From positions 1,488,001 to 1,552,000 of the forward strand of contig CM059432.1 of the NCBI GenBank assembly GCA_030390025.1: a DNA stretch of 64,000 bases, in the 5' to 3' direction. Made by a program: the position numbers and the translations under genes. Below, piece by piece: positions 50,588 through 63,780 of the stretch (position 1 is the first letter of the stretch; the number at the start of each line of letters is the position of its first letter). The stretch is from Squalus acanthias (lineage: Eukaryota). A model generated the notes under the pieces. The model searched no databases. It was given only the letters and a program-made list of their open reading frames with translations, and was not told where the DNA came from.

Positions 50588-52376
50588 ATTTAATTTACTA
50601 AGAAACTGACTAATGTACGCCAATGAAACTATTCAATGGTTCACAGTATAGTTTTTTTTTTTAAGTCATTTTCAGTGGTTTTAAAAATCGGGTTACTCAC
50701 AGGTGGTGGACTCGACGCTGATTAAAAATGTTTATTTTTGATGATGAACCCATTTTCAGCTCTTAAAATAAAATCAAGCAATACCGAGATGGGCAGATGT
50801 TTGAGCTACAGGGGAGTCGAGGGTTATGGGGAGCGGGCAGGAAAGTGGAGTTGAGGCCAAAATCGGATCAGCCATGATCTCATTAAATGGCGGAGCAGAC
50901 TCGAGGGGCCGAATGGCCTGCTCCTATTTATGTTCTTATGTTTTCAATGCAAAATAATGAAAAAGAAACGATTACGTTGCGTTACGCTGCCCGACTGCGC
51001 TGGTTCATGGAAGATTTTACGTTTGCGATTATGCAAATGAGTTTGAGCAGAAACTTCGATCGTAACTTCACTTCGGGAAACCAGCGCGATTTCAAGCGCA
51101 ACTTGCGCCCGGATTGCCAATCGCGCCCGAAGCAGAAACTCCACCCCATAAATGTTTCGTAAGTGACAAACAAGTGAAATGTTTTGACACTTTGTAAGAA
51201 GTTTTCTAATTCTAAGGATTTACATTGCACGAGGTCAGATCCAGGTTAAATGTCAGGAGGTGGGTCTTTTCCCAGAGAATATTGGACCTCTGGAACAGGC
51301 TGCCGTCTCGTGCGGTGGATGCTGATTCGCTGAATTTCTTCAAGCGAGAGCTAGCCCTGTTTCTGGTTGGGGCGGAGATCACCTCTTACAGAAGGTAGGT
51401 ACTGCAGGGAATTCAGGGCCAGAGTGATCTCCTGGACTAGTTTCGCTCGCCGAGGAGGGTCGGCGAAGGAATTTCCCAGATTGGTACTTCAGTGTGCCAG
51501 TGTCTCTCATATTACACGATAGGGTAGATAGAGAAAAACTATTCCCACTGGTAGGGGGTAGAGTCCAGAACAAGGGGGTGTGACTTTAAAATTAGAGCCA
51601 GGCCGTTCAGGGGTGATGTCAGGAAGCACTTCTTCACACAAAGGGTAGTGGAAATCTGGAACACTCCCCCCCAAAAAGCTGTTGAGGCTGGGGGTCAATT
51701 GAAAATTTCAAAACTGTGATTGATAGATTTTTGCTAAGCAAGGCTATTAAGGGTTACGGAACCAAGGCAGGTAGATGGAGTTAAGATACAGATCAGTCAT
51801 GATCTAAGAACATAAGAATTAGGAGCAGGAGTCGGCCATACGGCCCCTCGAGCCCGCTCCGCCATTCAATAAGATCATGGCTGATCTTCAATCTCAACTC
51901 CACTTTCGACAACAACTTGTATTTGTATAGCGCCTTTAACGTAGTAAAACATCCCAAGGCGCTTCACAGGAGTATTTTAAGACAAAAAATTTGACACCAA
52001 GCCACATAAGGAGAAATTAGGGCAGGTGACCAAAAGCTTGGTCAAAGAGGTCGGTTTTAAGGAGCATCTTAAAGGAGGAAAGCGAGGTAGCGAGGCGGAG
52101 AGGTTTAGGCAGGGAATTCCAGAGCTTAGGGCCCAGGCAGCTGAAGGCACGGCCGCCAATGGTGGAGCGATTATAATCAGGGATGCCTAATCTAATAGAC
52201 TGGTGAAACAGGCTGGAGAGGCTGAATGGCCTCCTCCTGTTCCTATGATTGAAGTTCACTTGTAAACATTCATTTTCGCTGTGTCAATTACTATTACCCA
52301 GATTATTGTATTTAGTTTACATAACAAGCATCTCAAAATGCTTCACGATACTTAAGCCACAGTTTTAGTGCAACGT

Positions 52377-53680
52377 TTGCCGCAGTACCGATACGGCTCT
52401 CAAAGTCACAAATGACATCCTTTGTGACTGTGACAAAGGTAAACTATCCATCCTCGTCCTTCTTGACTTGTCTGCAGCCACGGTTGACCACTCCATCCTT
52501 CTCCAACGTCTCTCCACCGTCGTCCAGCTGGGTGGGACTGCACTCGCCTGGTGCCATTCTTATCTATCTAATCGTAGCCAGAGAATCACCGGAACGGCTT
52601 CTCTTCCCGCTCCCGCATCGTTACCTCTGGTGTCCCACAAGGATCTATCCTTGGCCCCCTCCTATTTCTCATCCACATCATCTGAAAACACAGCGGCAGT
52701 TTCCACATGTACGCTGACGACACCCAGCTCTACCTCACTACCTCTTCTCTCGACCCCTCCACGGTCTCTAAATTGTCAGACTGCTTGTCCGATAACCAGT
52801 TCTGGATGAGCAAAAATTTTCTCCAATTAAATATTGGGAAGACCGAAGCCATTGTTTTCGGTCCCGGCCACAAACTCCGTTCCCTAGCCACTGACTCATC
52901 CCTCTCCCTAACATCTGTCTGAGGCTGAACCACACTGTTTGCAACCTTGGGGTCATATTTGACCCTGAAATGAGCTTCCAACCACATATCCGCAGCATAA
53001 CAAAGACCGCCTACTTCCACCCCCGTAACATCGCCCGTCTCCGCCCCTGCCTCAGCTCATCCGCTGCTGAAACCCTCATCCATGCCTTTGTTACCTCTAG
53101 ATTTGACTATGCCAACGCACTCCTGGCCGGCCTCCCACATTCCACCCTACGTAAACTTGAGGTCATCCAAAACTCGGCTGTCCGGTGTCCTAACTCGCAC
53201 CAAGTCCCGTTCACCCATCACCCCCTGTGCTCGCTGACCTACATTGGCTCCCGGTTAAGCAGCGCCTTGATTTCAAAATTCTCATCCTTGTTTTCAAATC
53301 CCTCCATGGCCTCGCCCCTTCCTATCTCTGTAATCTCCTTCAGCCCCACAACCCCCCCCCGAGATATCTGCACTCCTCTAATTCTGCCCTCTTGAGCATC
53401 CCTGATTATAATCGTTCAACCTTTGGTGGCCGTGCCTTCTGTTGCCTGGGCCCTAAGCTCTGGAATTCCCTGTCCTAAACCTCTCCGCCTCGCTACCTCT
53501 CTTTCCTCTTTTAAGACGCTCCTTAGAATGTACCTCTTTGACCAATCCTTTGGTCACCTGCCCTAATTTATCCTTATATGGCTCAGTGTCAAATTTTTTG
53601 TCTTACAATACTCCTGTGCAGCACCTTGGGACATTTTACTACGTTAAAGGCGCTATATAAATACAAGTTGTTGTTGTTGT
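52377..53680 (+). mobile_element. L2-clade LINE ORF2 3' portion (RT YADD motif)
   Basis: MYADDTQLY, LQLNIGKTE, HAFVTSRFDYAN, LADLHWLPV; (TTG)n tail. Confidence 0.9.
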
Positions 53681-54699
53681 TATTACTTGTAACATTCGTG
53701 CCACACAATTGCCAGGCAATGGCTATCTCCAACAAGCGAGAGTCTAACCACCGCCCCTTGACATTCAACGGCATTACCATCGCTGAATCCCCCACCATCA
53801 ACATCCTGGGGGTCACCATTGACCAGAAACTTAACTGGACCAGCCACATAAATACTGTGGCAACAAGAGCAGGTCAGAGGCTGGGTATTCTGCGGCGAGT
53901 CTCACCTCCTGACTCCCCAAAGCCTTTCCACCATTTGCAAGGCACAAGTCAGGATGGAAATACAAGTGATGGAATACTCTCCACTTGCCTGGATGAGTGC
54001 AGCTCCAACAACACTCTAGAAGCTTGACACTATTCAGGACAAAGCAGCCCACTTGATTGGCACCCCATCCACCACCTTAAACATTCACTCCCTCCACCAC
54101 CGGCGTACCGTGGCTGCAGTGTGTACCATCTACAAGATGCACTGCAGCAACTCGCCAAGGCTTCTTCAGCAGCACCTCCCAAACCTGTGACCTCTTCCAC
54201 CTAGAAGGACAAGGGCAGCAGGCAGCATGGGAACACCATCACCTGCAAATTCCCTCCGAGTCACACAGCATCCTGACTTGGAAGTATATCGGCCGTTCCT
54301 TCATCATCGCTGGGTCAAAATCCTGGAACTCCCTCCCTAACAGCACTGTGGGAGCACCTTCACCACACGGACTGCAGCGGTTCAAGAAGGCGGCTCACCA
54401 CCACCTTCTCAAGGGCAGTTAGGGATGGGCAATAAATGCCGGCCTTGCCAGCGATGCCCAGATCCCATGAACGAATAAAAAGCAATATAGGTAGTAAGTG
54501 ATCAAGAAGCAGATACAAAGAAACAGTTCAGTGTGTAGAGACACACACACCTCAACAACTCTTGCACATTTCAGTCACAAAAGATTAACACCACCCTCAT
54601 CTGGAATAAGACTACATTTGTTGCCATCTATGGCACTTCTTGATATGGAATTTCCAAATTAATCACACACTGCACAACATCTAAAAAATCAAAACTTAC

Positions 54700-54785
54700 C
54701 GTTAATAATTCCTCCACTACATCTTTATGTCCAAAGTAACAGGCTAGATGTAGAGGGGCCCAACCAAAGTTAGACTTGCTCCGAC
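54700..54785 (-). CDS. OSBPL1A: OSBPL1A coding exon 2 (ankyrin repeat)
   Basis: 86 nt; (G)RSKSNFGWAPLHLACYFGHKDVVEELLT; TTTTAG acceptor, GTAAGT donor; in frame with the previous exon. Confidence 0.95.
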
Positions 54786-54869
54786 CTAAAACAGAACAAA
54801 TTGGAAATAATCATTCACTCCGAAGACACCTCCTAGCTAGAAGTGATTTAAAGGAAATTAGAAGGGCGT

Positions 54870-57800
54870 GAAGTTAGCCACTTTGGTAGGAAAAACAAAA
54901 AAAGCAGAGTAATTTTAAATGGTGAGAGATTGGGAAATGTTGGTGTTCAGAGGGACCTGGGTGTCCTTGTACACGAATCACTGAAAGTTAACATGCAGGT
55001 ACAGCAAGCAATTAGGAAAGCAAATGGTATGTTGGCCTTTATTACAAGAGGATTTGAGTATAAGAGTAAAGACGTCTTACTGCAATTATATAGGGCCCTG
55101 GTGAGACCACACCTGGAGTATTGTGTCCAGTTTTGGTCTCCTTACCGAAGGAAGGATATACTTGCCATAGAGGGAGTGCAACGAAGGTTCACCAGACTGG
55201 TTCCTGGGATGGGGGGACTGTCCTATGAGGAGAGATTGAGTAGACTAGGCCTATATTCTCTAGAGTTTAGAAGAATGAAAGGTGATCTCACTGAAACATA
55301 CAATATTATTACGGGGTAGATGCAGGCGGGGAGGATGTTTCCCCTGGCTGGAGTGTCTAGAACTAGGGGACATAGTCTCAGGATAAGGGGTCGGCCATTT
55401 AGGACTGAGATGAGGAGAAATTTCTTCACTCAGAGGGTGGTGAATCTTTGGAATTCTTTACCCCAGAGGGTTGTGGAGGCTCAGTCATTGAGTATATTCA
55501 AGACAGAGATCGATAGATTTTTGGGAATTAAGGGATATGGGGATAGTGCAGGAAGGTGGAGTTGAGGTAGAAGATCAGCCATGATCTTGATGAATGGTGG
55601 AACAGGCTCGAAGGGCCAAATGGCTGACTCCAGCTCCTATTTCTTATGTCCTTATGACTCAATATTTTTCTCCCAGTCAGTCTTCCCAGATCATTACATT
55701 GACTTTACAGCACAGAAACAGGCCATTCGGCCCAACTCGTCCATACCAGCGTTTATGCTCCACACGAGCCTCCTCCCACCCTTCTTCATCTCACACCATC
55801 AACATATCCTTCTATTCCTCTCTCCCTCATGTGTTTATCCAGCTGCCCCTTAAATACATCTGTGTTATTCGCCTCAACCACTCCCTGTGGGAGCGAGTTC
55901 CACATTCTCACCACTCTCTGGGTAAAGAAGTTTCTCCTGAATTCTCTATTGGATTTATTAGTGACTGTCTTATATTGATGGCTCCTAGTTCTGGTCTCGC
56001 CCACAAGTGGAATCATCTTCTCTACGTCTACCCTAGCAAACCCTTTCATAATCTTGAAGACCTCGATAAGGTCACCCCACAATCATACATCAACTGTGAA
56101 GAAAACTACCAAGTGGCTTTCTCCCAGACCACTTCCCGGTACCCTGGTTAGATCCCATTTAGAGTGCTGCGTTCAGTTCTGGGCATCGCACCTCAGGAAG
56201 GATATATTGGCCTTGGAGGGGGAGCAGCGCTGATTCACCAGAATGATACCCGGGGCTAAAAGGGTTAAATTATGAGAGCAGGTTGCATAGACTAGGCTTG
56301 TATTCCCCCAAGTGTAGAAGATTAAGGGGCAATCTAATTGAGATGTTTAAGATGATTAAAGGATTTGATAGGGTGGATAGAGAGAAACTATTTCCTCTGG
56401 TGAGGGAGTCCAGAACAAGGGGGCAGAACCTTAAAATTAGAGCCAGGCCGTTCAGGGGTGATGTCGGACAAAGGGCGGTGGAAATCTGGAACACTCTCCC
56501 CCAAACAGCTGTTGAGGCTGGGGGGGCGGGGGGTCAATTGAAAATTTCAAACCCGAGATTGATCGATTTTTGTTGGGTAAGGGTATTAAGGGTTACGGAA
56601 CCAGGGCGAGTGAATGGAGTTAAGATACAGATCAGACATGATCTCATTCAATGGCGGAACAGGCTCGAGGGGCTGAATGGCCTCCTCCTGCTCCTATATT
56701 CCTTCACTGACCCAACTACCAGAGTGGTGAGAAAGTGTAGACCATGGTGACCACCCCTCCACCCACGTCATCTAAAAGTTCCCCACATCAATGCACATTT
56801 CAATGTGTGTGTCTCTGCATACTGATTTTTTTCTTGAGGGACTCCAGTTATGTGTGCAAAGTTGAAGCCCATGGAATAAAAGGGACAGTGGCAGCATGGA
56901 TACAGAATTGGCTAAGTGACAGGAAACAGAGAGTAGTGGTGAACGGTTGTTTTTCAGACTGGAGGAAGGTATACAGTGGTGTTCCCCAGGGGTCGGTGCT
57001 AGGAGCACTGCTTTTCTTGATATATATTAATGACTTGGACTTGGTTGTACAGGGCACAATTTCAAAATTTGCAGATGAAACAAAACTTGGAAGTATAGTG
57101 AACAGTGCGGAGGATAGTGATAGACTTCAAAAGGATATAAACAGGCTGGTGGAATGGACGGACACGTGGCAGATGAAATTTAACTCAGAAAAGTGTGAAG
57201 TGATACATTTTGGTAGGAAGAACGAGGAGAGGCAATATAAACTAAAGGGTACAATCCTAAAGGGGGTGCATGAACAGAGAGACCTGGGGTATATGTGCAC
57301 AAAACGTTGAAGGTGGCAGGGCAGGTTGAGAAAGCAGTTAAAAAAGCTTACGGGCTCCTGGGCTTCATGAATAGAGGTATAGAGTACAAAAGCAAGGAAG
57401 TTATGATGAGCCTTTATAAAACACTGGTTCGGCCTCAGCTGGAGTATTGTGTCCAATTCTGGGCACCACACTTTAGGAAGGATGTGAAGGCCTTAGAGAG
57501 GGTGCAGAAAAGATTTACGAGAATGGTTCCAGGGATGAGGGACTTCAGTTACGTGGATAGACTGGAGAAGCTGGGGTTGTTCTCCTTAGAGCAGAGAAGA
57601 TTGAGAGGAGATTTGATAGAGGTGTTCAAAATCATGAGGGGTCTGGACAGAGTAGATAGAGAGAAACTGTTCCCATTGGCGGAAGGGTCGAGAACCAGAG
57701 GACACAGATTTAAGGTGATTCGTAAAAGAACCAAAGGCGACATGAGGAAAAACTTTTTTACTCAGCGAGTGGTTAGGATCTGGAATGTACTGCCTGAAAG

Positions 57801-58420
57801 GGTGGTGGAGGCAGACTCAATCGTGGATTTCAAAAGGGAGTTGGATAAGTACCTGAAGGAAAAAAATTTGCAGGGCTACGGGGAAAGGGCGGGGGGAGTG
57901 GGACTAGCTGAAGTGCTCTTGCAGAGAGCTGGCACGGGCTCGACGGGCCGAATGGCCTCCTTCTGAGCTGTAACCATTCTATGTGGAGAGACTGGAGAAG
58001 CTGGGGTTGTTCTCCTTAGAGCAGAGAAGGTTAAGGGGAGATTTGATAGGGGTGTTCAGAATTATGTAGGGTTTTGATAAGAGTAGATAAGGAGAAACTG
58101 TTTCCAGTGGCAGGAGGGTCGGTAACCAGAGGACACAGATTTAAGATAATTGGCAAAAGAACCAGAGGGGGAGATGAGGAGAATTGTTTTTACGCAGCGA
58201 GTTGTTGTGATCTGGAACGCGCTGCCTGAACGGGCGGTGGAAGCAGATTCAATAGTAACTTTCAAAAGGGATTTGGATAAATACTTGAAAAGGAATCATT
58301 CACAGGGCTGTGGGGAAAGAGCAGGGGGGGAGTGGGACTAATTGGAGAGCTCGTTCAAAGAGCCGGCACAGGCACGATGGGCCGAATGGCCTCCTTCTGT
58401 GCTGTATGATTCCATGATTT
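54870..58420. mobile_element. Stack of CR1 3' fragments (54870-55655 +, 55705-56078 -, 56165-56700 +, 56850-57985 +, 57985-58420 +)
   Basis: Multiple RT and C-terminal CR1 peptides in the ORF track. Confidence 0.85.
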
Positions 58421-58515
58421 CCACAGTTCAGTGGTGGCGATTTGAAATTTTAATAAAAGCTGGTACACGAATGGCAAAAAAGTTAGAAATAAGGTTGCAG
58501 TTAAAGAGAAAGTAC

Positions 58516-58660
58516 CTTTACAGTTAATATTGAAAGCCATTTTTCCAGCTTTCCTACGCTCCAGCAGTAGTTTGACTTCATCCAAGGCACCATTGCGAGC
58601 CTGGTGAAGCAACTGATCCTCAGCCTCACGCAGCACTCGGTCCTCAACTTCACAACTCAT
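58516..58660 (-). CDS. OSBPL1A: OSBPL1A/ORP1L first coding exon (ATG; exon begins at 58662)
   Basis: Translates MSCEVEDRVLREAEDQLLHQARNGALDEVKLLLERRKAGKMAFNINCK(G), resembling the vertebrate ORP1L N-terminus (EAEQQLLHHARNG...INCKG). Acceptor TTTTTTAG|GA-ATG, donor AAG|GTACT, phase 1. Confidence 0.93.
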
Positions 58661-58747
58661 TCCTAAAAAAAGGGAGAAAAGTTTTCAAAGCAAAATGAAT
58701 CGTGTTTGCAACCCAGAAACCCACAGGGCAGTGATTCACAGAACCTT

Positions 58748-59879
58748 GGCTCAGATCTTGCTGGAGTGGGGCCTTCCCCGTGAGTTAAGACTTGTTCCTG
58801 CACCCGACAGGTCAAAATACTTTAGCACCCGTAACTTGCTGAAAGTGCGAGCTGATGATGGAGCAGCGAGGGCAACGGGGCATCTGGGACCTTGGTGAAC
58901 GGAGAGACCAACAGTCTATCTCCTTAACCGGTGAGATTTAAGGATTGAGAAAGAAACAGAGGAACGACGGAGCAGGAAATCGAGTGAATTAGAGTCAAAT
59001 CAGGCACAGAAAGAGAAATAAAGAGAAGGGAAGAAAGATTGGATTAAGAGAAAGAGAAAAAGAGACAGAAAGGAAATAAGGTATATATAAAATGACCTGG
59101 ATATTGGAATACAGAGTAGAAGTTCTAAATTTGCCAATGACACCAAACTTGGGGGGGTGGCAAACAGTGAGGATGATACCAATCGACTGCAACAGGACAC
59201 AGAAAGGCTAGCAGAATGGGCAGACAAGTGGCAGATGGAATTTAATACGGAGAAGTGTGAGGTGATGCATTTTGGCAGAAGGAACAGGGAAAGGCAATAT
59301 ACACTTAATGGCACAGTTTTAAAGAGTGTGCAGAGAGAGGGGGACCTGGGAGTTAATGTGCATAGGTCCCTGAAGGTGGCAGGACCTATTGAGAGAGTGG
59401 TTAGCAAAGCAAATGGGATCTTGGGCTTCATAAATAGAGGTATTGAGTACAAAAGTAGAGAAGTTATGCTGAACCTTTATAAAGCGCTGGTTAGGCCACA
59501 ACTGGAGTATTGCGCCCAGTTCTGAGACTGAACAGTTTCAATGGTTCCCCTTCTGGGCCGAGGGGTCGATTGGCATTGCATTAACAATTATCATGTTGTT
59601 AAAAGGGTACTTACGCTATTAGTCACCGGCCCTAACTTTCTGCGGCGAGTTTGACGGACAATTAACGCGCAAATCCAACGTGTTCTTAAAAATAACGGGG
59701 AGACTTAGGGCAAGATGCCATCTGTGCGAAGCAAAGAGCGGAACGGCGTAAATCGACCAGCAAGTTCTGGAGATTCACAACTCACGCGCATCGCTTAATC
59801 CCCTGAACTTGCTGGACGATTTGTGCATTAACAGCGTGCGCCGTTAACACACCGTTAATTTCCCAGCAAGATCTGGCCC
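58748..59879. mobile_element. Harbinger-like TIR element containing a nested CR1 fragment (59094-59524)
   Basis: Left end GGCTCAGATCTTGCTGG; right end reverse-complements to GGGCCAGATCTTGCTGG; flanks CTT/ATT. Confidence 0.62.
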
Positions 59880-60579
59880 ATTGAGTCTCTCTGGTATCCA
59901 GCGTACGGATAAGACCCACAGACAAGAATGTTGTGATCCAAACTCCTGCACCAACTTTTTCACTCTGCTATTAACAAAGCTCTTCCGATGAAGCCTCGGG
60001 GGTCAATAACTAACCTATTAATGGAGATATTCCCATCAATATTGCTCACTGCAGCCGTTAAAGGACCTTCTCCAACAAGCAAGAGTCCAACCACCGCCCC
60101 TCGACATTCAACGGCATTACCATCGCCGAATCCCCCACCATTAACATCCTGGGGGTCACCATTGACCAGAAACTTAACTGGACCAGCCACATAAATACTG
60201 TGGCAACAAGAGCAGGTCAGAGGCTGGGTATTCTAAACCCCTTAAGAACTCGAAATAATGCATATATCTATTAATCCTCATCCATAAGCCACTGCTTCCT
60301 TCACACTGTCCTGTAAATACTGAAACGAAATATTCATTAAGCAACTGCTGTTTCCTTATGTACCCTAATAATTTCACCATATGTTAGAGTGGCCACACCT
60401 CCTGAATGATCCTAAAGCACTTATAAAAACCTTTGCTAGTTCCCTTTACATTGGTTGCAGGCTTTATTTTAGTCATCCCTTTTGGCTCTCTTAACTTTGT
60501 TTCTAATTGTAAATTATCCAATTTCTTGTTACTTTTTTTTCACCTCACTAATCTTTCAGCCTAATTTGTTCATCCATGG

Positions 60580-60945
60580 AACGACAATTTGTATTTATAC
60601 AGCGCCTTTAACGTAGTAAAACGTCCCAGGGCGCTTCACAGGAGCGATTATCAAACAAAATTTGACACCAAGCCACATGAGGAGATATTAGGGACAGGTG
60701 ACCAAAAGCCTGGCCAAAGAGGTCGGTTTTGAGGAGGGTCTTAAAGGAGGAGAGAGGCGGAGAGGTTTAGGGAGGGAATTCCAGAGCTTAGGGCCCAGGC
60801 AGCTGAAGGCACGGCCGCCAATGGTGGAGCGATGAAAATCAGGGATGTTAAAGGAGGTGTCTCCGCCTCTCCTCCTTTAAAGACGCTCCTTAAAACCTAC
60901 CTCTTTGACCAAGCTTTTGGTCACCTGTCCTAATATCTCCTTATG
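60580..60945. mobile_element. L2 3' end plus an inverted partial copy
   Basis: 60860-60945 is the reverse complement of about 60675-60765. Confidence 0.75.
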
Positions 60946-61289
60946 CACCACAGTATAGTTGTTAAATTGAATTAAGATTTACTATCTACGCTAATACTTC
61001 AATTTTAAAATGATTTAAAAATGCTTTTTAAAATTTTTTTATTCATTCCTCGGATGTGGCCGTCGCTGGCAAGGCCAGCATTTATTGCCCATCCCTAATC
61101 GCCCTCGAGAAGGTGGTGGTGAGCCGCCTTCTTGAACCGCTGCAGTCCGTGTGGTGAAGGTGCTCCCACAGTGCGGTCAGGGAGGGAGTTCCAGGATTTT
61201 GACCCAGCGACGATGAAGGAACGGCCGATATATTTCCAAGTCAGGACGGTGTGTGACTTGGAGGGGAATAATAGCTTATTTATGCAATT

Positions 61290-61945
61290 CTTCTCATATA
61301 ATCTAGCCCTTGGGAGGCCTGGTAACATTCTGGTGAATCTGCGCTGTGCTCCTTCCACGGCCAAAATTCTAACGGTGCGGTGCCCAGATCTGGACACAGT
61401 ACTCCATGTGCGGTCTAACCGGGGCTTTGTGTAGCTGTCGCAAAACTTCCTGCCTTTGTAGTCTCGCCCTCCAGATAGAAAGGCTAACATTCCATTAGCC
61501 TTTTCGATTATTTTTTGTACCTGACCACTACGTTTTAGTGATCTGTGTAGGCGGACTCCTAAATCTCTTTGGACCGCCACTGTTCCTAGCTTTTCACCAT
61601 TTAAAAAAAATGCTCGGATCGATCCCTTTTTTTTTTAAGCCCAAAATGGATGACCTCACACTTACCGGTGTTAAAATCCATCCGCCACATGTTTTGCTCA
61701 CTCGCTTAACCGATCAATGTCTCTTTGTTATTTTATGTTCCCATCTACACTACTTACTATGCCACCGATCTTTGTGTCATCGACAAACTCGGATATATGG
61801 CTCTCTATTGTGTTATCCAAGTCATTAATAAAATAGAGTAAATAGTTGAGGCCCCAGCACAGATCCTTGTGTGACAGCACCGGTCACTTCCTTCCAATTC
61901 GATTACATACCCATTATCCCTACTCTGTCTTCTACCGCCTAACCA
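61290..61945 (-). mobile_element. Older, diverged CR1 fragment
   Basis: QRDLGV...KANGML peptide in ORF 61095-61580. Confidence 0.7.
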
Positions 61946-62164
61946 GGTCAATAATTTTCATTCAATTAAACTATCCAGTGGCTCACGTTAGCCCGCCCAC
62001 CTTGATTTCCCAATTAACAGCCTCGCAGAGAAATCTCTCAGCAAACCACAAACGTTGTACTTCCGAAAAGATAAAGTAACCTGAAATGATACACAATTTC
62101 ACAACAAATTGCGCCATTTCAGTACTTCATGATACTAGTGCCCTCTTATCCGCCCATCTTCCAC

Positions 62165-63100
62165 CCTCTGTAAACTTCAGCTCATCCCAAACTCCCGCAT
62201 CCCCGTGTCCTAACTCGCACCAAGTCCCATTGTTCACCCATCACCCCCTGTGCTCGCTGACCTACATTGGCTCCCGGTCCGGCAACGCCTCGATTTCAAA
62301 ATTCTCATCCTTGTTTTCAAATCCTTCCATAGCCTCGCCCCTCCCTATCTCTGTAACCTCCTCCAGCCCCACAACACCCAGAGATATCTTCGCTCTTCCA
62401 ATTCTGGCCTTTTGCGCATCCCCGATTTTAATCGCTCCACCATTGGCGGCCGTGCCTTCAGCTGCCTGGGCCCCAAGCTCTGGAATTCCCTCCCTAAACC
62501 TCTCCGCCTCTCTCCTCCTTTAAGACAGTCCTTAAAATTTAGCTCTGAGGACACATTGGATAGGCTGGGGTTGTTTTCTTTGTAACAGAGGAGGCTGAGG
62601 GGAGACTTAATTGAGGTGTATAAAATTATGAGGGGCCTAGATAGAGTGGATATGAAGGACCTATTTCCCTTAGCAGAGAGGTCAATAACCAGGGGGCATA
62701 GATTTAAAGTAATTGGTAGAAGGATTAGAGGAGAGTCGAAGAGAACTTTTTTCACCCAGAGGGTGGTGGGGGTCTGGAACTCACTGCCTGAAAGGGTGGT
62801 AGAGGCAGAAACCCTCATCACATTTAAAAAGTACTTGGATATGCACTTGAAGTGCCGTAACCGACAGGGCCACGGACCAAGAGCTGGAAAGTGGGATAAG
62901 GCTGGAGAGCTCTTGTCGGCCGGCACGGACACGATGGGCCGAATGGCCTCCTTCTGTGCCATAAACTTCTATGATTCTTAAAACCTACCTCCCAATATCT
63001 CATGTGGCTCGGTGTCAAATTTTGTCTGATAATCGCTCCTGTGAAGCGCCTTGGGACGTTTTACTACGTTAAAGGCGCTGTATAAATACACGTTGTTTAG
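62165..63100 (+). mobile_element. L2 3' end split by a CR1 3' fragment (about 62540-62978)
   Basis: L2 sequence stops at CCTTAAAA (about 62537) and resumes at CTTAAAACCTACCTC (about 62977). Confidence 0.8.
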
Positions 63101-63357
63101 CCGCAAAACAAAAAAATACAAAAAAACAACACTGTTGATTCAAACTTTTTCCCGCTCTATATCTCTCCGTAGATACAACCAGGAAACTCCTTCCAATCCC
63201 GGGTTCGCCTGGGTATTGTTCACAGCAGCTAAGAATTCGGACAAAGTAAAACGCTGCTACAGAAAATGTTCTAGGATCGAACCTATTCAAAGCACTCATC
63301 ACCCACAAACAAAATACTGCAAATAGAAAACAGCTCATTCAACACCTGTAAAGGACA

Positions 63358-63780
63358 GAGAACAACTTGCATTTATACAGCGCCTTTAACGTAGTAAAAC
63401 GTCCCAAGACACTTCACAGGAGCGATTATCAAACACAATTTGACACCGAGCCACATAAGGAGATATTAGGGCAGGTGACCAAAAGCTTGGTCAAAGAGGT
63501 CGGTTTTAAGGAGCGTCTTAAAAGGAAGAGAGAGAGGCGGAGAGGTTTAGGGAGGGAATTCCAGAGCTTAGGGCCCAGGCAGCTGAAGGCACGGCCACCA
63601 ATGGTGGAGCAATTAAAATCGAGGGATGCGCAAGAGGCTGGAATTGGAGGAGCGCAGAGATCTCGGAGGGTTGTAGGGCTGGAGGAGGTTACAGAGATAG
63701 GGAGGGTTGTAGGGCTGGAGGAGGTTACAGAGATCTCGGAGGGTTGTAGGGCTGGAGGAGGTTACAGAGATAGGGAGGGG
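63358..63780 (-). mobile_element. L2 3' end with ~37-bp unit repeated about 3 times
   Basis: Same tandem unit as 34665-34920. Confidence 0.82.
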
